From contig JAYZXK010000041.1 of the NCBI GenBank assembly GCA_036141415.1, positions 1 through 33,409 of the forward strand: a stretch of DNA of 33,409 nt. Reading direction: 5' to 3'. This DNA is from Pseudomonadota bacterium. GTDB lineage: Bacteria; Pseudomonadota; Gammaproteobacteria; Enterobacterales; Alteromonadaceae. Below, piece by piece: positions 1 to 10,076 of this stretch. How positions within the stretch are numbered: position 1 is the first letter of the stretch; each line of letters opens with the position of its first letter. The notes beneath the pieces are model-generated. The model did not search any database. It had not been told where the DNA came from and saw only the letters and a list, made by a program, of their open reading frames with translations. Position numbers and translations under genes: made by a program.

Positions 1-2
1 GT

Positions 3-767
3 CGCGCTACCAGCCTCAAGCAGGCCAGTCTCACCGACATGCAGGATTATCTGATGTTTCGTGAGCGGCGGGGACTTTCGGCGCGCAGTACTCAGCGCAA
101 CATCAGCGCTATGCGGCAGTTTTACCGCTATCTGGTTACCGACAATCAGCGTAAGGATAATCCGGTCAGTCAACTGGCCATTCCCAAAGCGGCCAAAAAG
201 TTACCGGGTACGCTGAGTGAGGCCGATGTTGAGGCTTTACTGGACGCGCCAGAGACGGAAGAACCCATAGAGTGTCGTGATAAATGCATGCTCGAAGTGC
301 TTTATGCTACTGGCCTGCGGGTCAGTGAGCTGATTGGCCTGCGGCTGTCTGAAGTCAGTTTGCAGCAAGGCCTGGTGCGGGTAATGGGTAAAGGCAATAA
401 AGAGCGCCTGGTACCGCTGGGTGAAAATGCCCTCGATGCGCTCCAGGATTATTTACACAGTGCCCGGCCGCAATTGTTAAAGCATCAGACCGACGTGGTG
501 TTTGTCAGTAACCGTGGTGTACAGATGACCCGCCAGACATTCTGGCATCGCATTAAGCACTATGCAGTGAAAGCCGGGATCGGTACGGAATTATCTCCCC
601 ACACACTGCGTCATGCTTTCGCAACCCATCTGCTTAATCATGGTGCCGACCTGCGGGTGGTGCAAATGCTATTGGGCCACAGCGATCTGTCAACCACGCA
701 AATTTATACCCATGTTGCCACAGAGAGACTTCAAAATCTGATTACAGAGCATCATCCTAGGGGATAA
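3..767 (+). CDS. xerD: Site-specific tyrosine recombinase XerD (5' end lies outside the window)
   Basis: The frame is open from base 3 through the ATG at 39. Motifs LYATGLRVSEL, GKGNKER, HTLRHAFATHLL and LLGHSDLSTTQIY. Sits upstream of dsbC-recJ as in other gammaproteobacteria. Confidence 0.96.
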   Translation, partial: RATSLKQASLTDMQDYLMFRERRGLSARSTQRNISAMRQFYRYLVTDNQRKDNPVSQLAIPKAAKKLPGTLSEADVEALLDAPETEEPIECRDKCMLEVLYATGLRVSELIGLRLSEVSLQQGLVRVMGKGNKERLVPLGENALDALQDYLHSARPQLLKHQTDVVFVSNRGVQMTRQTFWHRIKHYAVKAGIGTELSPHTLRHAFATHLLNHGADLRVVQMLLGHSDLSTTQIYTHVATERLQNLITEHHPRG

Positions 768-963
768 AACAAAGTATCGGCAGGGCCGATTCGATGAGCG
801 TGGGGGTAATTGTCGATGGCAATCATCGCCAGAGCGGGATTTTTTGATACACTAGAGCGAATTTTACGGTTAAATGCCGGTCTTAAAGAAAACAATGTGC
901 TGCAATTTCAGCACCCCAGAGGCCGTAAAGGCCATAATCCGAGTGGTTTTCAGGAGTGATTAA

Positions 964-1695
964 ATGAAAGTGTTTCTTCGCAGTTTACTGGCAGTGCTGA
1001 GTGTTGTTTCGGTAGCTGCAACTGCAAATGTACTGGCCGATGCGGCAGATAAAGAGAGCGTTAAGGCGAAAATCGAAACCACGCTGAAGTGGCGGGTAGA
1101 TGCCATCGCCGACTCACCAGTAGACGGCTTACTGCAAATCAGTACCGAAAATGGTCTCTTCTACGTAAGCGCAGATGGCACCTATTTACTTCAGGCGCGG
1201 GTTTACAATCTCGACGAAGAAATGCGTAACGAAACCGAAACCGCGCTGGCTGAAATGCGTCTGGACGGATTAAAGCAATTTGATGATTCCTACATCGAAT
1301 TTAAAGCAGAAGACGAACAATATGTCGTGACCGTGTTCACCGATACTACCTGCGGATACTGCCGTAAGCTGCACGAGCAGATTGCTCAGTATAACGAAGA
1401 AGGTATTACCGTAAGGTACCTGGCGTATCCTCGTGCTGGCCTGAACAGCCCGGTTTATCGTCAAATGGTGTCGGTCTGGTGTTCTGCTGATCCGAAAAAA
1501 GCCATGACCAGTGCCAAATCAGGCAGCAGCGTAACGCCTAACAACTGTGATAACGACATTGCTGAGCAATTTCGTTTTGGCCGTAAGATTGGCGTAAATG
1601 GTACCCCTAACATCGTACTCAGCGATGGCAGTATCATTCCCGGCTACCAGCCGCCCGAACAACTGCTATCGGCGCTTAAACAGATCGCCGGTTAA
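964..1695 (+). CDS. dsbC: Periplasmic thiol:disulfide isomerase DsbC
   Basis: Signal peptide, FTDTTCGYCRKLH active site, GTP cis-Pro loop (GVNGTPN). SD AGGAG at ~952-956. Confidence 0.95.
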   Translation: MKVFLRSLLAVLSVVSVAATANVLADAADKESVKAKIETTLKWRVDAIADSPVDGLLQISTENGLFYVSADGTYLLQARVYNLDEEMRNETETALAEMRLDGLKQFDDSYIEFKAEDEQYVVTVFTDTTCGYCRKLHEQIAQYNEEGITVRYLAYPRAGLNSPVYRQMVSVWCSADPKKAMTSAKSGSSVTPNNCDNDIAEQFRFGRKIGVNGTPNIVLSDGSIIPGYQPPEQLLSALKQIAG

Positions 1696-1709
1696 TTTAT
1701 TTACCAATC

Positions 1710-1744
1710 ACCGGATACCGTACCTCTCAGGTATCCGGTTGTTT
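1710..1744 (+). terminator. Hairpin after dsbC (weak terminator or mRNA-stabilising stem)
   Basis: ACCGGATACC (1710-1719) pairs with GGTATCCGGT (1730-1739), followed by TGTTT. Confidence 0.5.
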
Positions 1745-1792
1745 CACCAGTCCGATTTCTTTTCAGTTTCAGCAACGAATCACAGCTAATTT

Positions 1793-3517
1793 ATGAGTTT
1801 ACATATCAGGCGCCGGCCGTTAACCGATACCTTTGATACGGCACTACATCCGGTTCTTGAGCGGGTTTACCGTGGCCGCTCTATTCAGTCTGCCGAGCAA
1901 TTAAATACTGGTGCCCGGTCACTGCTGCATTATCGCGACTTGCTGGGCTGCGACAAAGCCGCGGCGCGCATCGCTGATGCCATTATTGAGCAGCAACCGA
2001 TTACCATTATTGGCGATTTCGATGCCGATGGCGCTACCAGCACCGCGCTGTGTATGCTGGCATTGGGGCAGATGGGGGCAACCCGGGTGGATTACCTGGT
2101 GCCTAACCGGTTTGATTTTGGTTACGGGCTTTCGCCACAGATTGTTGAAGTCGCTGCCGAACGGGGAACACCGTTAATTATCACCGTTGATAATGGCATT
2201 TCCTGCCACGCAGGGGTTCAGCGAGCCAATGAACTGGGCATGGAAGTCATAGTAACTGATCACCATTTACCCGGCGAAACGTTGCCCGCGGCTACTGCTA
2301 TCGTTAATCCTAATCAGCCGGATTGTGATTTTGCGTCGAAGAACCTCGCCGGCGTTGGCGTGGCGTTTTACCTTATGCTGGCACTGCGAGCTGAACTGGA
2401 AGGGCGCGACTGGTTTACCCGGCAGGGCCTACAGGTGCCTAATTTAGCCAATTTACTCGATATTGTGGCCGTAGGCACGGTAGCCGACGTGGTGCCGCTT
2501 GATCAGAATAACCGTATTTTAGTTCATCAGGGCCTGCAGCGGATCCGCGCCGGGCAGTGTCGGCCGGGAATTACCGCCTTACTGGACGTGGCTCAGCGTC
2601 ATGCCAGCCGACTTACTGCAACGGATCTGGGCTTTGTGATTGGCCCCCGGCTGAATGCCGCTGGGCGTCTGGATGATATGGCTGCCGGGATAGAGTGTCT
2701 GCTTTGCAGTGATACCATGGAAGCCCGGGCGCGGGCGACGGAGCTCGACCGGCTTAACCAGCAGCGGCGAACCATTGAACAGGAAATGAAACAGCAGGCC
2801 CAGGAAACGCTGGCTTCAATACAACTCGACAGCAGTGCACCGCCGGATGCTATCGTACTTTTCGATGAGCATTTTCACCAGGGCGTAATCGGGATCGTGG
2901 CGGGTCGGCTGAAAGATGAATATAAACGACCTACCATTGTATTTGCCAAACAGGATGACGAAACCATAAAAGGCTCTGCGCGCTCCATTGCCGGGGTGCA
3001 TATCCGCGACATTCTGGAGGCCGTTAGTACCGCTCAGCCGGGCCTGATTGATAAATTTGGCGGGCACGCGGCAGCCGCAGGATTATCAATCCAGACTGCC
3101 AATCTTTCTGCCTTTACCGCGGCCTTTACCCGCCATGTTAAAGCGGCTCTGGCTGACATTGACGACCCGAACATCATCCTCAGTGATGGCGAACTGGAGC
3201 CTGACATCCTTAATTTGCCCACCGCGCAGGTGTTGCGCCAGGCCGGTCCTTTCGGCCAGGGCTTTCAGCCGCCGTTATTTGACGGCACTTTCCAGCTTAT
3301 TCAACAGCGCATTGTCGGCGAGCGTCACCTTAAGATGGTGCTGGCACACCCCAACAGCGGCGAGGAGTTTGACGCCATTGCGTTTAATATTGACTCGGAT
3401 GTGTGGCCTGACCCTAATGTTAAGCAGGTGCAATTGGCGTATCAGCTGGATGTGAATTACTATCGGGGCAGGGAATCGCTGCAACTGCTGGTGGAAGCTC
3501 TGGCTCCCCTGGCCTGA
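1793..3517 (+). CDS. recJ: ssDNA-specific 5'-3' exonuclease RecJ
   Basis: DHH-family motifs GDFDADG, ITVDNG, VTDHH, GTVADVV, GSARS and GGHAAAAG. Confidence 0.97.
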   Translation: MSLHIRRRPLTDTFDTALHPVLERVYRGRSIQSAEQLNTGARSLLHYRDLLGCDKAAARIADAIIEQQPITIIGDFDADGATSTALCMLALGQMGATRVDYLVPNRFDFGYGLSPQIVEVAAERGTPLIITVDNGISCHAGVQRANELGMEVIVTDHHLPGETLPAATAIVNPNQPDCDFASKNLAGVGVAFYLMLALRAELEGRDWFTRQGLQVPNLANLLDIVAVGTVADVVPLDQNNRILVHQGLQRIRAGQCRPGITALLDVAQRHASRLTATDLGFVIGPRLNAAGRLDDMAAGIECLLCSDTMEARARATELDRLNQQRRTIEQEMKQQAQETLASIQLDSSAPPDAIVLFDEHFHQGVIGIVAGRLKDEYKRPTIVFAKQDDETIKGSARSIAGVHIRDILEAVSTAQPGLIDKFGGHAAAAGLSIQTANLSAFTAAFTRHVKAALADIDDPNIILSDGELEPDILNLPTAQVLRQAGPFGQGFQPPLFDGTFQLIQQRIVGERHLKMVLAHPNSGEEFDAIAFNIDSDVWPDPNVKQVQLAYQLDVNYYRGRESLQLLVEALAPLA

Positions 3518-3533
3518 CAGGTAATGAATTGCT

Positions 3534-3803
3534 ATGAGTGTGGATAAGCTGCTAAAACGTCATCAGTCACTGACTCACAGTGAAAACATGAAAGTGGTTT
3601 CGCATGTGCAGCGTCAGGATGGCGACTGGGTTCGTCATACCGTAATGATTGAAAATGTCGATGCGCCCTTTGTGTTTAAACGCACCAAACCTTATCAGTC
3701 ACTGCAGGGAGCGCGGGTGAATATGACCTACTACCGCACAGTGGAAACGGTGGCTGGTATGGAGTTTGAACAAATGAAAGTTGTGCGGATCAAGCGGGCA
3801 TAA
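3534..3803 (+). CDS. Small basic, beta-rich hypothetical protein (89 aa)
   Basis: Fills the gap between recJ (16 nt upstream) and recO (2 nt downstream) on the same strand. Protein-like composition, no family recognised. Confidence 0.75.
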   Translation: MSVDKLLKRHQSLTHSENMKVVSHVQRQDGDWVRHTVMIENVDAPFVFKRTKPYQSLQGARVNMTYYRTVETVAGMEFEQMKVVRIKRA

Positions 3804-3805
3804 TC

Positions 3806-4504
3806 ATGGCTAACAGCTGGTTGAATGCCTACGTTTTGCATCGACGCCCCTATCGTGAAACCAGTTTTATTGTTGATTTCTTTACCCTCGAACTCGGCCG
3901 CGTCAGTGCTGTGGCCCGTGGCGTGCGTAGCGCCAAATCCGACCGCCGAAGTCTGCTGCAACCCTTCCAGGCGTTGCGGGTACAGCTAAGCGGCAAAAGC
4001 GATTTAAAAAACCTAACCCAATTAGAGGGCAATGGCGCTCTGCGCATGCTTACCGGAAATGCACTTTATTGTGCCCTGTATGTCAATGAAATCACTAACC
4101 GGGTATTGCCCGGCGGTGTCGAGGCGGCAGAGCTGTACAGCGCCTACGCAACAGCTCTGGCAGCATTGCAGCAGGAACAAGCGGCTGCCGAATATATCCT
4201 GCGTCAGTATGAACTGGCACTGTTGCAGGAACTTGGTGTGATGCCAGACTTCACCACCGACGCGGCTTCCAATGATCCCATCGAACCCACTTTTCACTAT
4301 GAACTGGTGCCGGAGCTGGGCTTTTGTCAGGTTAAACAGGCAAGCAAACTCAGTTTTTCCGGTACCGAACTGCTGATGCTGGCTGAACAGGATTTCAGCC
4401 CACCGGGATTAAAGGCGGCAAAGCGTTTATGCCGGTTGGCCCTGTATCCCTTTGTGGGTGACAAGCCATTGAAAAGTCGTGAGCTCTTTTTGGCCTCCCG
4501 CTGA
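3806..4504 (+). CDS. recO: DNA repair protein RecO
   Basis: N-terminal AYVLHRRPYRETS, LLQPF and C-terminal KPLKSRELF. Directly upstream of pdxJ. Confidence 0.95.
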   Translation: MANSWLNAYVLHRRPYRETSFIVDFFTLELGRVSAVARGVRSAKSDRRSLLQPFQALRVQLSGKSDLKNLTQLEGNGALRMLTGNALYCALYVNEITNRVLPGGVEAAELYSAYATALAALQQEQAAAEYILRQYELALLQELGVMPDFTTDAASNDPIEPTFHYELVPELGFCQVKQASKLSFSGTELLMLAEQDFSPPGLKAAKRLCRLALYPFVGDKPLKSRELFLASR

Positions 4505-4559
4505 ATCACTGCTACAATACGCGCCACTTCAGTTAGTAATGTAATCCAGGACCCTGGGA

Positions 4560-5306
4560 ATGAAAGATATTCTGCTTGGCGTTAATATTGATCATATCGC
4601 TACGCTGCGAAATGCGCGTGGTACCTCTTACCCCGATCCGGTGCATGCTGCGGATATCGCAGAACGCGCAGGCGCAGATGGCATAACCGTGCATCTGCGA
4701 GAAGACCGTCGCCACATTAAAGACCGCGACGTTACCCTGCTGGCACAAACGATTAATACCCGACTCAATCTGGAAATGGCCGTCACCGAAGAAATGCTCG
4801 GTATTGCCGAACAGGTTAAACCGGTATTTTGTTGCCTGGTGCCGGAAAAGCGTGAAGAGTTAACCACCGAAGGCGGACTGGATGTAGCCGGCAATCTGAG
4901 TCGTATGACAGATGCCTGCCAGCGACTGGCCGAAGCCAATATCCTGGTTTCCCTGTTTATTGATGGCGATGAACGCCAGCTTGATGCCGCAAAAGCAACG
5001 GGGGCGCCGTATATCGAAATACATACCGGCCACTACGCCGATGCAACCAGTGAAACAGAGCAACTGGAGCACCTGGCGCAAATTCGCCGTGGTGTTGAGT
5101 ATGCCGATAACCTGGGGCTGAAGGTAAACGCCGGTCATGGATTGCACTATCACAATGTAAAACCCATTGCGGCTATCCCACAGCTTATTGAGCTTAATAT
5201 CGGCCATGCCATTATCGCCCGTGCCGCGTTTGACGGTTTGCACAAAGCCGTGGCTGAGATGCGTAGCCTCATGCAGGAAGCGCGTTTACAGGCACACATA
5301 GGCTAA
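4560..5306 (+). CDS. pdxJ: Pyridoxine 5'-phosphate synthase
   Basis: [34 protein letters not shown] and ELNIGHAII motifs. Confidence 0.98.
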   Translation: MKDILLGVNIDHIATLRNARGTSYPDPVHAADIAERAGADGITVHLREDRRHIKDRDVTLLAQTINTRLNLEMAVTEEMLGIAEQVKPVFCCLVPEKREELTTEGGLDVAGNLSRMTDACQRLAEANILVSLFIDGDERQLDAAKATGAPYIEIHTGHYADATSETEQLEHLAQIRRGVEYADNLGLKVNAGHGLHYHNVKPIAAIPQLIELNIGHAIIARAAFDGLHKAVAEMRSLMQEARLQAHIG

Positions 5307-5324
5307 TTACCACCGGAGCTGACC

Positions 5325-5705
5325 ATGGCCATTGCAGGCTTGGGAACTGACATAGTTGAAATTGCCCGTTTTGAAATGGAGGGGGGCTCCCGGGATCGCC
5401 TCGCGCGACGGGTGCTGACGCCGGATGAATGGGACATTTATACCTCTCACAATCAACCGGTCAGGTATCTGGCTAAACGGTTTGCCGCTAAAGAAGCAGC
5501 GGTGAAAGCGCTGGGAACCGGGATTGGCCGGGGCATCAGTTGGCAGCAACTGCGTGTCAGCAATGACGAAGCGGGTGCACCAACCCTGCATTACAGCGGT
5601 GAATTTGCAGAGCTATGTAAGCTTAAAGGAGTAGTGGGGGCTCACTTAAGTTTATCTGATGAACAACATTACGCCGTAGCTACGGTGATCCTGGAAACAC
5701 CGTGA
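5325..5705 (+). CDS. acpS: Holo-[acyl-carrier-protein] synthase
   Basis: GLGTDIVEIARF, AKRFAAKEAAVKALGTG and HLSLSDE motifs. Confidence 0.96.
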   Translation: MAIAGLGTDIVEIARFEMEGGSRDRLARRVLTPDEWDIYTSHNQPVRYLAKRFAAKEAAVKALGTGIGRGISWQQLRVSNDEAGAPTLHYSGEFAELCKLKGVVGAHLSLSDEQHYAVATVILETP

Positions 5706-5714
5706 GGCAAGGTA

Positions 5715-7073
5715 ATGGTTAGCATTTATCAGGGCGGCGGTAAGCGGCGCACCGGCGGAAAACGAAAAGGGCCCGCTCAGGTATCGTCTGCTACGGTGAC
5801 GCTGGACAAATGGGATCCCCGTGGACGCGGTATTTGCCGAACCCATCAGCCAGTGCTGTTTGTAGACGGCGCGCTGCCCGGTGAAACCTGTCAGGTAGCC
5901 ATTACGCGCAGTAAAAAACAAGTCTGCGAAGGCCATGTAACCAAAGTGCTTGAACCAGCCCCGGCGCGGCAAACGCCTTTCTGCCCGGTATACGAGCAAT
6001 GTGGCGGCTGCCAGTTGCAGCACGTCGAGCGCGGCGCTGCGCTCGCCTGGCGACAACAGGCGCTGGATGAGCAAATCAGGCTCACTCACTCGTTAGATGA
6101 ATTACCCTGGGTGGCACCTTTACGCAGTCCTCGCGATACGTACCGGCGAAAAACGCGCCTGGCCATTGATGCCCGCAAAGGTAAGCCCCTGGCGCTGGGA
6201 TTCAGAGCGCCAAAAAGCGATAAAGTGGTCAATGTCAGGCAGTGCCCGGTGTTGGAACCAGAACTGAATGAACTGCTACCGGCGGTATATGATCTGCTTG
6301 AGCAGCTATCCGGGCGCACCGCTATTGGCCATATCAGCCTGTTAAAAGGGCATAATGTAATTGGCGTTACGCTGCGTTGTACCAGAGCTTTATCGGCTGA
6401 TGATCGGGCCTTGTTAGTGGCATTTGCTGAAACGCATACACTCCTGTTGCGCCTGGATTCAGGCGAGCACAGCGAGACGCTGCATGGGCCGGTGGACGAA
6501 TTGTTGTGCGCGACGGCGCATGATTTATCACTGGCGGTTACCACCGAAGATTTTATTCAGGTTAATGCAGAGGTCAATCTGGCCATGGTTGAGCAAGCGC
6601 TCGACTGGCTGGCGCCAGAGGCGCAGCACAACGTACTCGATTTGTTTAGCGGTTTAGGTAACTTTTCCTTGCCCCTGGCACAACGTTGCGCCAGTGTCAC
6701 CGCGGTGGAAGGGGTTTCCACAATGGTGCAACGAGGCGAAAAAATTGCCCGACAACAAGGCATTACTAATATTCAGTGGCGCACTGCCGATTTAAGTAAC
6801 GAGGCAGAACTCAACGCTCTGGCACTAAAAAAATACCATAAAGTGTTGCTGGACCCTTCCCGGGAAGGGGCTATGGAAGCCTGCCAGCAAATTGCCAAAG
6901 CCAGAATTGAGTCAGTCGTGTACGTATCTTGCAATCCGGCAACTTTTAATCGCGATCTGGCACCGCTGCTGCAAGGAGGGTATCGGATTGTGAAACTCGG
7001 CATAATGGAAATGTTCCCGTATACCCAGCATATTGAGTCAATGGCGTTACTCGAACGCGTGGCTAAAGGGTAA
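5715..7073 (+). CDS. rlmD: 23S rRNA (uracil-1939-C5)-methyltransferase RlmD
   Basis: TRAM domain, Fe-S motif CPVYEQCGGCQLQH, SAM motif LDLFSGLGNF, catalytic YVSCNP. Directly upstream of relA. Confidence 0.95.
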   Translation: MVSIYQGGGKRRTGGKRKGPAQVSSATVTLDKWDPRGRGICRTHQPVLFVDGALPGETCQVAITRSKKQVCEGHVTKVLEPAPARQTPFCPVYEQCGGCQLQHVERGAALAWRQQALDEQIRLTHSLDELPWVAPLRSPRDTYRRKTRLAIDARKGKPLALGFRAPKSDKVVNVRQCPVLEPELNELLPAVYDLLEQLSGRTAIGHISLLKGHNVIGVTLRCTRALSADDRALLVAFAETHTLLLRLDSGEHSETLHGPVDELLCATAHDLSLAVTTEDFIQVNAEVNLAMVEQALDWLAPEAQHNVLDLFSGLGNFSLPLAQRCASVTAVEGVSTMVQRGEKIARQQGITNIQWRTADLSNEAELNALALKKYHKVLLDPSREGAMEACQQIAKARIESVVYVSCNPATFNRDLAPLLQGGYRIVKLGIMEMFPYTQHIESMALLERVAKG

Positions 7074-7082
7074 GAGGTAAAT

Positions 7083-9263
7083 ATGGTTTCAACCCGTACA
7101 GTACATGAAGAACACCGGCCGCCATTTGAAGAATGGCTGGCCAGTCTTAATCTGTCTGAAAGTACCGCTCAGAAGCTGCGTGATATTTCGCATATGCCGG
7201 ATAAACTACTGGTCGGGCAGGAGATGGTGGAAATCCTTCACCAGCTCAATATGGACGATGCAACGCTGCAGGCCGCGCTGGTTTATCCCTATTGCCAGCA
7301 GCATGAGTTATCTGATGCCGAGGTGGCGGAAAACTTTGGTGCTGAAATAGAACAGCTGGTGGTGGGGGTTCGTCGGATGGAAGCGATTCGGATGCTGCAT
7401 AATCGCAAGCAATCCGAAAGTAAGCTTTCTGCACCCGATGAGCAACACATCGACAGTATCCGTCGCATGCTGTTGGCCATGGTGGAAGATGTACGCGCCG
7501 TGGTGATCAAAATGGCCGAGCGGATCTGCGCTCTGCAACAGGTAAAGAAAGCCGACGAAGAAACCCGGGTTATGGTTGCCCGGGAGTGTGCCACCATCTA
7601 CGCACCGCTGGCTAACCGCCTTGGCATTGGCCAGTTAAAATGGGAGCTGGAAGATTTAGCCTTTCGCTATTTGCACCCAACTACCTATAAGCAGATCGCC
7701 AAACAGCTTGATGGTAAACGGCGGGAACGCGCGGAATATATCGACAACGTAGTGGGTTCGCTGCAGGATCTCCTCAATAACGAACACATCAAAGCCGAGG
7801 TTTACGGTCGGCCAAAACACATCTACAGCATCTGGAAAAAGATGCAGAAAAAACGCCTGACCTTCGAGCAGCTGTTCGATATAAGGGCGGTGCGGATTAT
7901 CGCCGAGCGTTTACAGGATTGCTACGCTGCGCTGGGTACTGTGCATGCTCACTTCAAGCATATTCCCAAAGAGTTTGACGACTATATCGCCACGCCAAAA
8001 CCGAATGGCTATCAGTCGATTCATACGGTAATTGTCGGCCCGGAAGGAAAGCCAGTGGAGATCCAGATCCGTACCCAGAAAATGCACCAGGATGCAGAAC
8101 TGGGTGTGGCGGCTCACTGGAAATACAAAGAGGGCAGTGCCGGTAAGGTTTCTGGCTACGATGAACGGATCAACTGGTTACGTAAAATTCTGCAATGGCA
8201 GGAAGAGGTGGCCGAGTCGGGCGATCTGGTTGAAGAACTACGCAGCCAGGTGTTTGACGATCGCGTGTATGTCTTTACGCCGCGCGGCGATGTCATTGAT
8301 TTACCTCAGGGTTCCACGCCGGTGGATTTTGCCTATTACATTCACAGTAACGTTGGCCATCGCTGTATCGGCGCTAAGATCAACGGCCGTATTGTGCCGT
8401 TTACCTATCAGTTGCAAAGCGGCGATCAGGTGGGGATCCTGACCGGTAAAGAGCCTAATCCGTCGCGAGACTGGTTACATCCCGGTTTAGGCTATGTTCA
8501 TTCATCGCGGGCCCGGGCAACGATTCACAGCTTCTTTAAGAAACAGGATAAAGAGAAAAACCAGCAGGCGGGTAAAGAATTGTTGGAGCGTGAACTTCAA
8601 CGCGCTGGTCTGCCGGTTAAAATGGCGGCCGATGCCTGCGATCGGTTTAATGTGCCAAGTACAGACGAATTGTTTGCTGCCATAGGCGCAGGCGATGTGC
8701 GGGTAATGTCTGTGGTGCATCATCTGCAACAGTTAGTAGCGCCGCCGCCAGAAGTGGAAGAACTCAGTCCCAAGGTTAAAACCCGCAAAGCGGCGCGAGG
8801 CAAAAATAAACCTGATAGTGTGGTGGTACAAGGCGTTGGTAACCTGATGAGCCAGTTGGCCAACTGCTGTCAGCCGGTGCCCGGTGATCATATTTTGGGT
8901 TATATCACTCAGGGGCGCGGCGTAAGCGTGCACAAAGACAGCTGTGAACAACTTCAGAACCTGCTTAATCAGCATCCGGAACGGCAAATTGAGGTAAGCT
9001 GGTCAGAAGACTTAAACGTAGGCTACGACGCCAATCTGGATATCGAATGTAACGACCGTACCGGTCTGTTACGCGATATCACCACGGTGCTGGCTAACGA
9101 AGGCGTAGCCCTGCTCGGCGTAAATAGCCTGAGCGATAAAAACAGCCACACGGCACTGATTTCCGTCTCGGTGGAAGTCTCTGATGTGGAAGCCCTGAGC
9201 CGCCTGACGAATCGCTTGCGACAACTGAAGGACATCATTGATGTCAGACGAAAGACCAACTGA
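7083..9263 (+). CDS. relA: GTP pyrophosphokinase RelA ((p)ppGpp synthetase)
   Basis: YAPLANRLG, GRPKHIYSIWKKM, EFDDY, NGYQSIHT and GVAAHWKYKE, with TGS, CC and ACT domains. The hydrolase domain lacks an HD motif, as expected for RelA. Confidence 0.97.
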   Translation: MVSTRTVHEEHRPPFEEWLASLNLSESTAQKLRDISHMPDKLLVGQEMVEILHQLNMDDATLQAALVYPYCQQHELSDAEVAENFGAEIEQLVVGVRRMEAIRMLHNRKQSESKLSAPDEQHIDSIRRMLLAMVEDVRAVVIKMAERICALQQVKKADEETRVMVARECATIYAPLANRLGIGQLKWELEDLAFRYLHPTTYKQIAKQLDGKRRERAEYIDNVVGSLQDLLNNEHIKAEVYGRPKHIYSIWKKMQKKRLTFEQLFDIRAVRIIAERLQDCYAALGTVHAHFKHIPKEFDDYIATPKPNGYQSIHTVIVGPEGKPVEIQIRTQKMHQDAELGVAAHWKYKEGSAGKVSGYDERINWLRKILQWQEEVAESGDLVEELRSQVFDDRVYVFTPRGDVIDLPQGSTPVDFAYYIHSNVGHRCIGAKINGRIVPFTYQLQSGDQVGILTGKEPNPSRDWLHPGLGYVHSSRARATIHSFFKKQDKEKNQQAGKELLERELQRAGLPVKMAADACDRFNVPSTDELFAAIGAGDVRVMSVVHHLQQLVAPPPEVEELSPKVKTRKAARGKNKPDSVVVQGVGNLMSQLANCCQPVPGDHILGYITQGRGVSVHKDSCEQLQNLLNQHPERQIEVSWSEDLNVGYDANLDIECNDRTGLLRDITTVLANEGVALLGVNSLSDKNSHTALISVSVEVSDVEALSRLTNRLRQLKDIIDVRRKTN

Positions 9264-10053
9264 TCCGGGGGCAGCGCTAGCCCGCTTACTTGATATCATG
9301 GCGCGCCTGCGCGACCCGCAATCAGGGTGTCCGTGGGATGTGCAGCAAACCATGCAGTCTCTTACCCGTTATACCATCGAGGAAGCCTATGAGGCAGTAG
9401 ATGCCATAGAGCGGGGGGCACCGGATGAGATTAAGGATGAGCTTGGCGATCTGCTATTTCAAATCGTTTTCTATGCGCAAATTGGCAATGAATCACAGCA
9501 ATTCGACTTTACCGATATCGCCAATGCGATCAGCGATAAAATGGTGCGCCGCCATCCTCATGTGTTTGGCGAAGCAAACACCGATAACGCCGGCTTAGCG
9601 GAGCAATGGGAAGCCATTAAAGCGCAGGAGCGCAGAAACGTCCCGCAAGCCCTACTGGATAGTGTTCCCACCGGTCTACCGGCGTTGATGTATGCCCAGA
9701 AAATTCAAAAAAAGTGCGCGCGGGTGGGGTTTGACTGGCCGGAGGTTAACCCGGTGGCTGACAAAGTGCGCGAGGAAGTGGCGGAAATACAGGCGGAGCT
9801 GGATGCGCCTAAGCGCAATCAGCAGGCCCTCGAAGCTGAAATTGGTGATGCACTTTTTGCCATGGTAAACCTGGCACGTCATTGTAATGTGGATGCCGAT
9901 GCGGCGCTGCGCAGGGCCAGTCATAAATTCGCCAGTCGATTTGCAGCGGTTGAAGTGATGGCAAAAGCTGAAAAGGGCGGGCTGGAAGCGCACTCGCTGG
10001 ATGAACTTGAGCAACTGTGGCAACGGGTCAAGCGAAGAGAAACCGGTGCCTGA
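9241..10053 (+). CDS. mazG: Nucleoside triphosphate pyrophosphohydrolase MazG
   Basis: LRDPQSGCPWD, EEAYE, ELGDLLFQ, RRHPHVF and a second EIGD repeat. ATG at 9241 overlaps the relA 3' end. Confidence 0.95.
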   Translation: MSDERPTDPGAALARLLDIMARLRDPQSGCPWDVQQTMQSLTRYTIEEAYEAVDAIERGAPDEIKDELGDLLFQIVFYAQIGNESQQFDFTDIANAISDKMVRRHPHVFGEANTDNAGLAEQWEAIKAQERRNVPQALLDSVPTGLPALMYAQKIQKKCARVGFDWPEVNPVADKVREEVAEIQAELDAPKRNQQALEAEIGDALFAMVNLARHCNVDADAALRRASHKFASRFAAVEVMAKAEKGGLEAHSLDELEQLWQRVKRRETGA

Positions 10054-10076
10054 CAGCGTTTTTTCTTACTTATTGT

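Noticed and set aside
3-767. Tyrosine recombinase as a phage or island integrase
   Set aside because: The sequence and the xerD-dsbC-recJ context identify housekeeping XerD. No att sites or mobile genes are nearby.
7083-7600. Missing HD hydrolase motif in the RelA/SpoT protein
   Set aside because: Normal for monofunctional gammaproteobacterial RelA.
9241-10053. MazG as an anti-phage or toxin-antitoxin component
   Set aside because: It is the housekeeping tandem-domain MazG after relA, and no mazEF genes are present.
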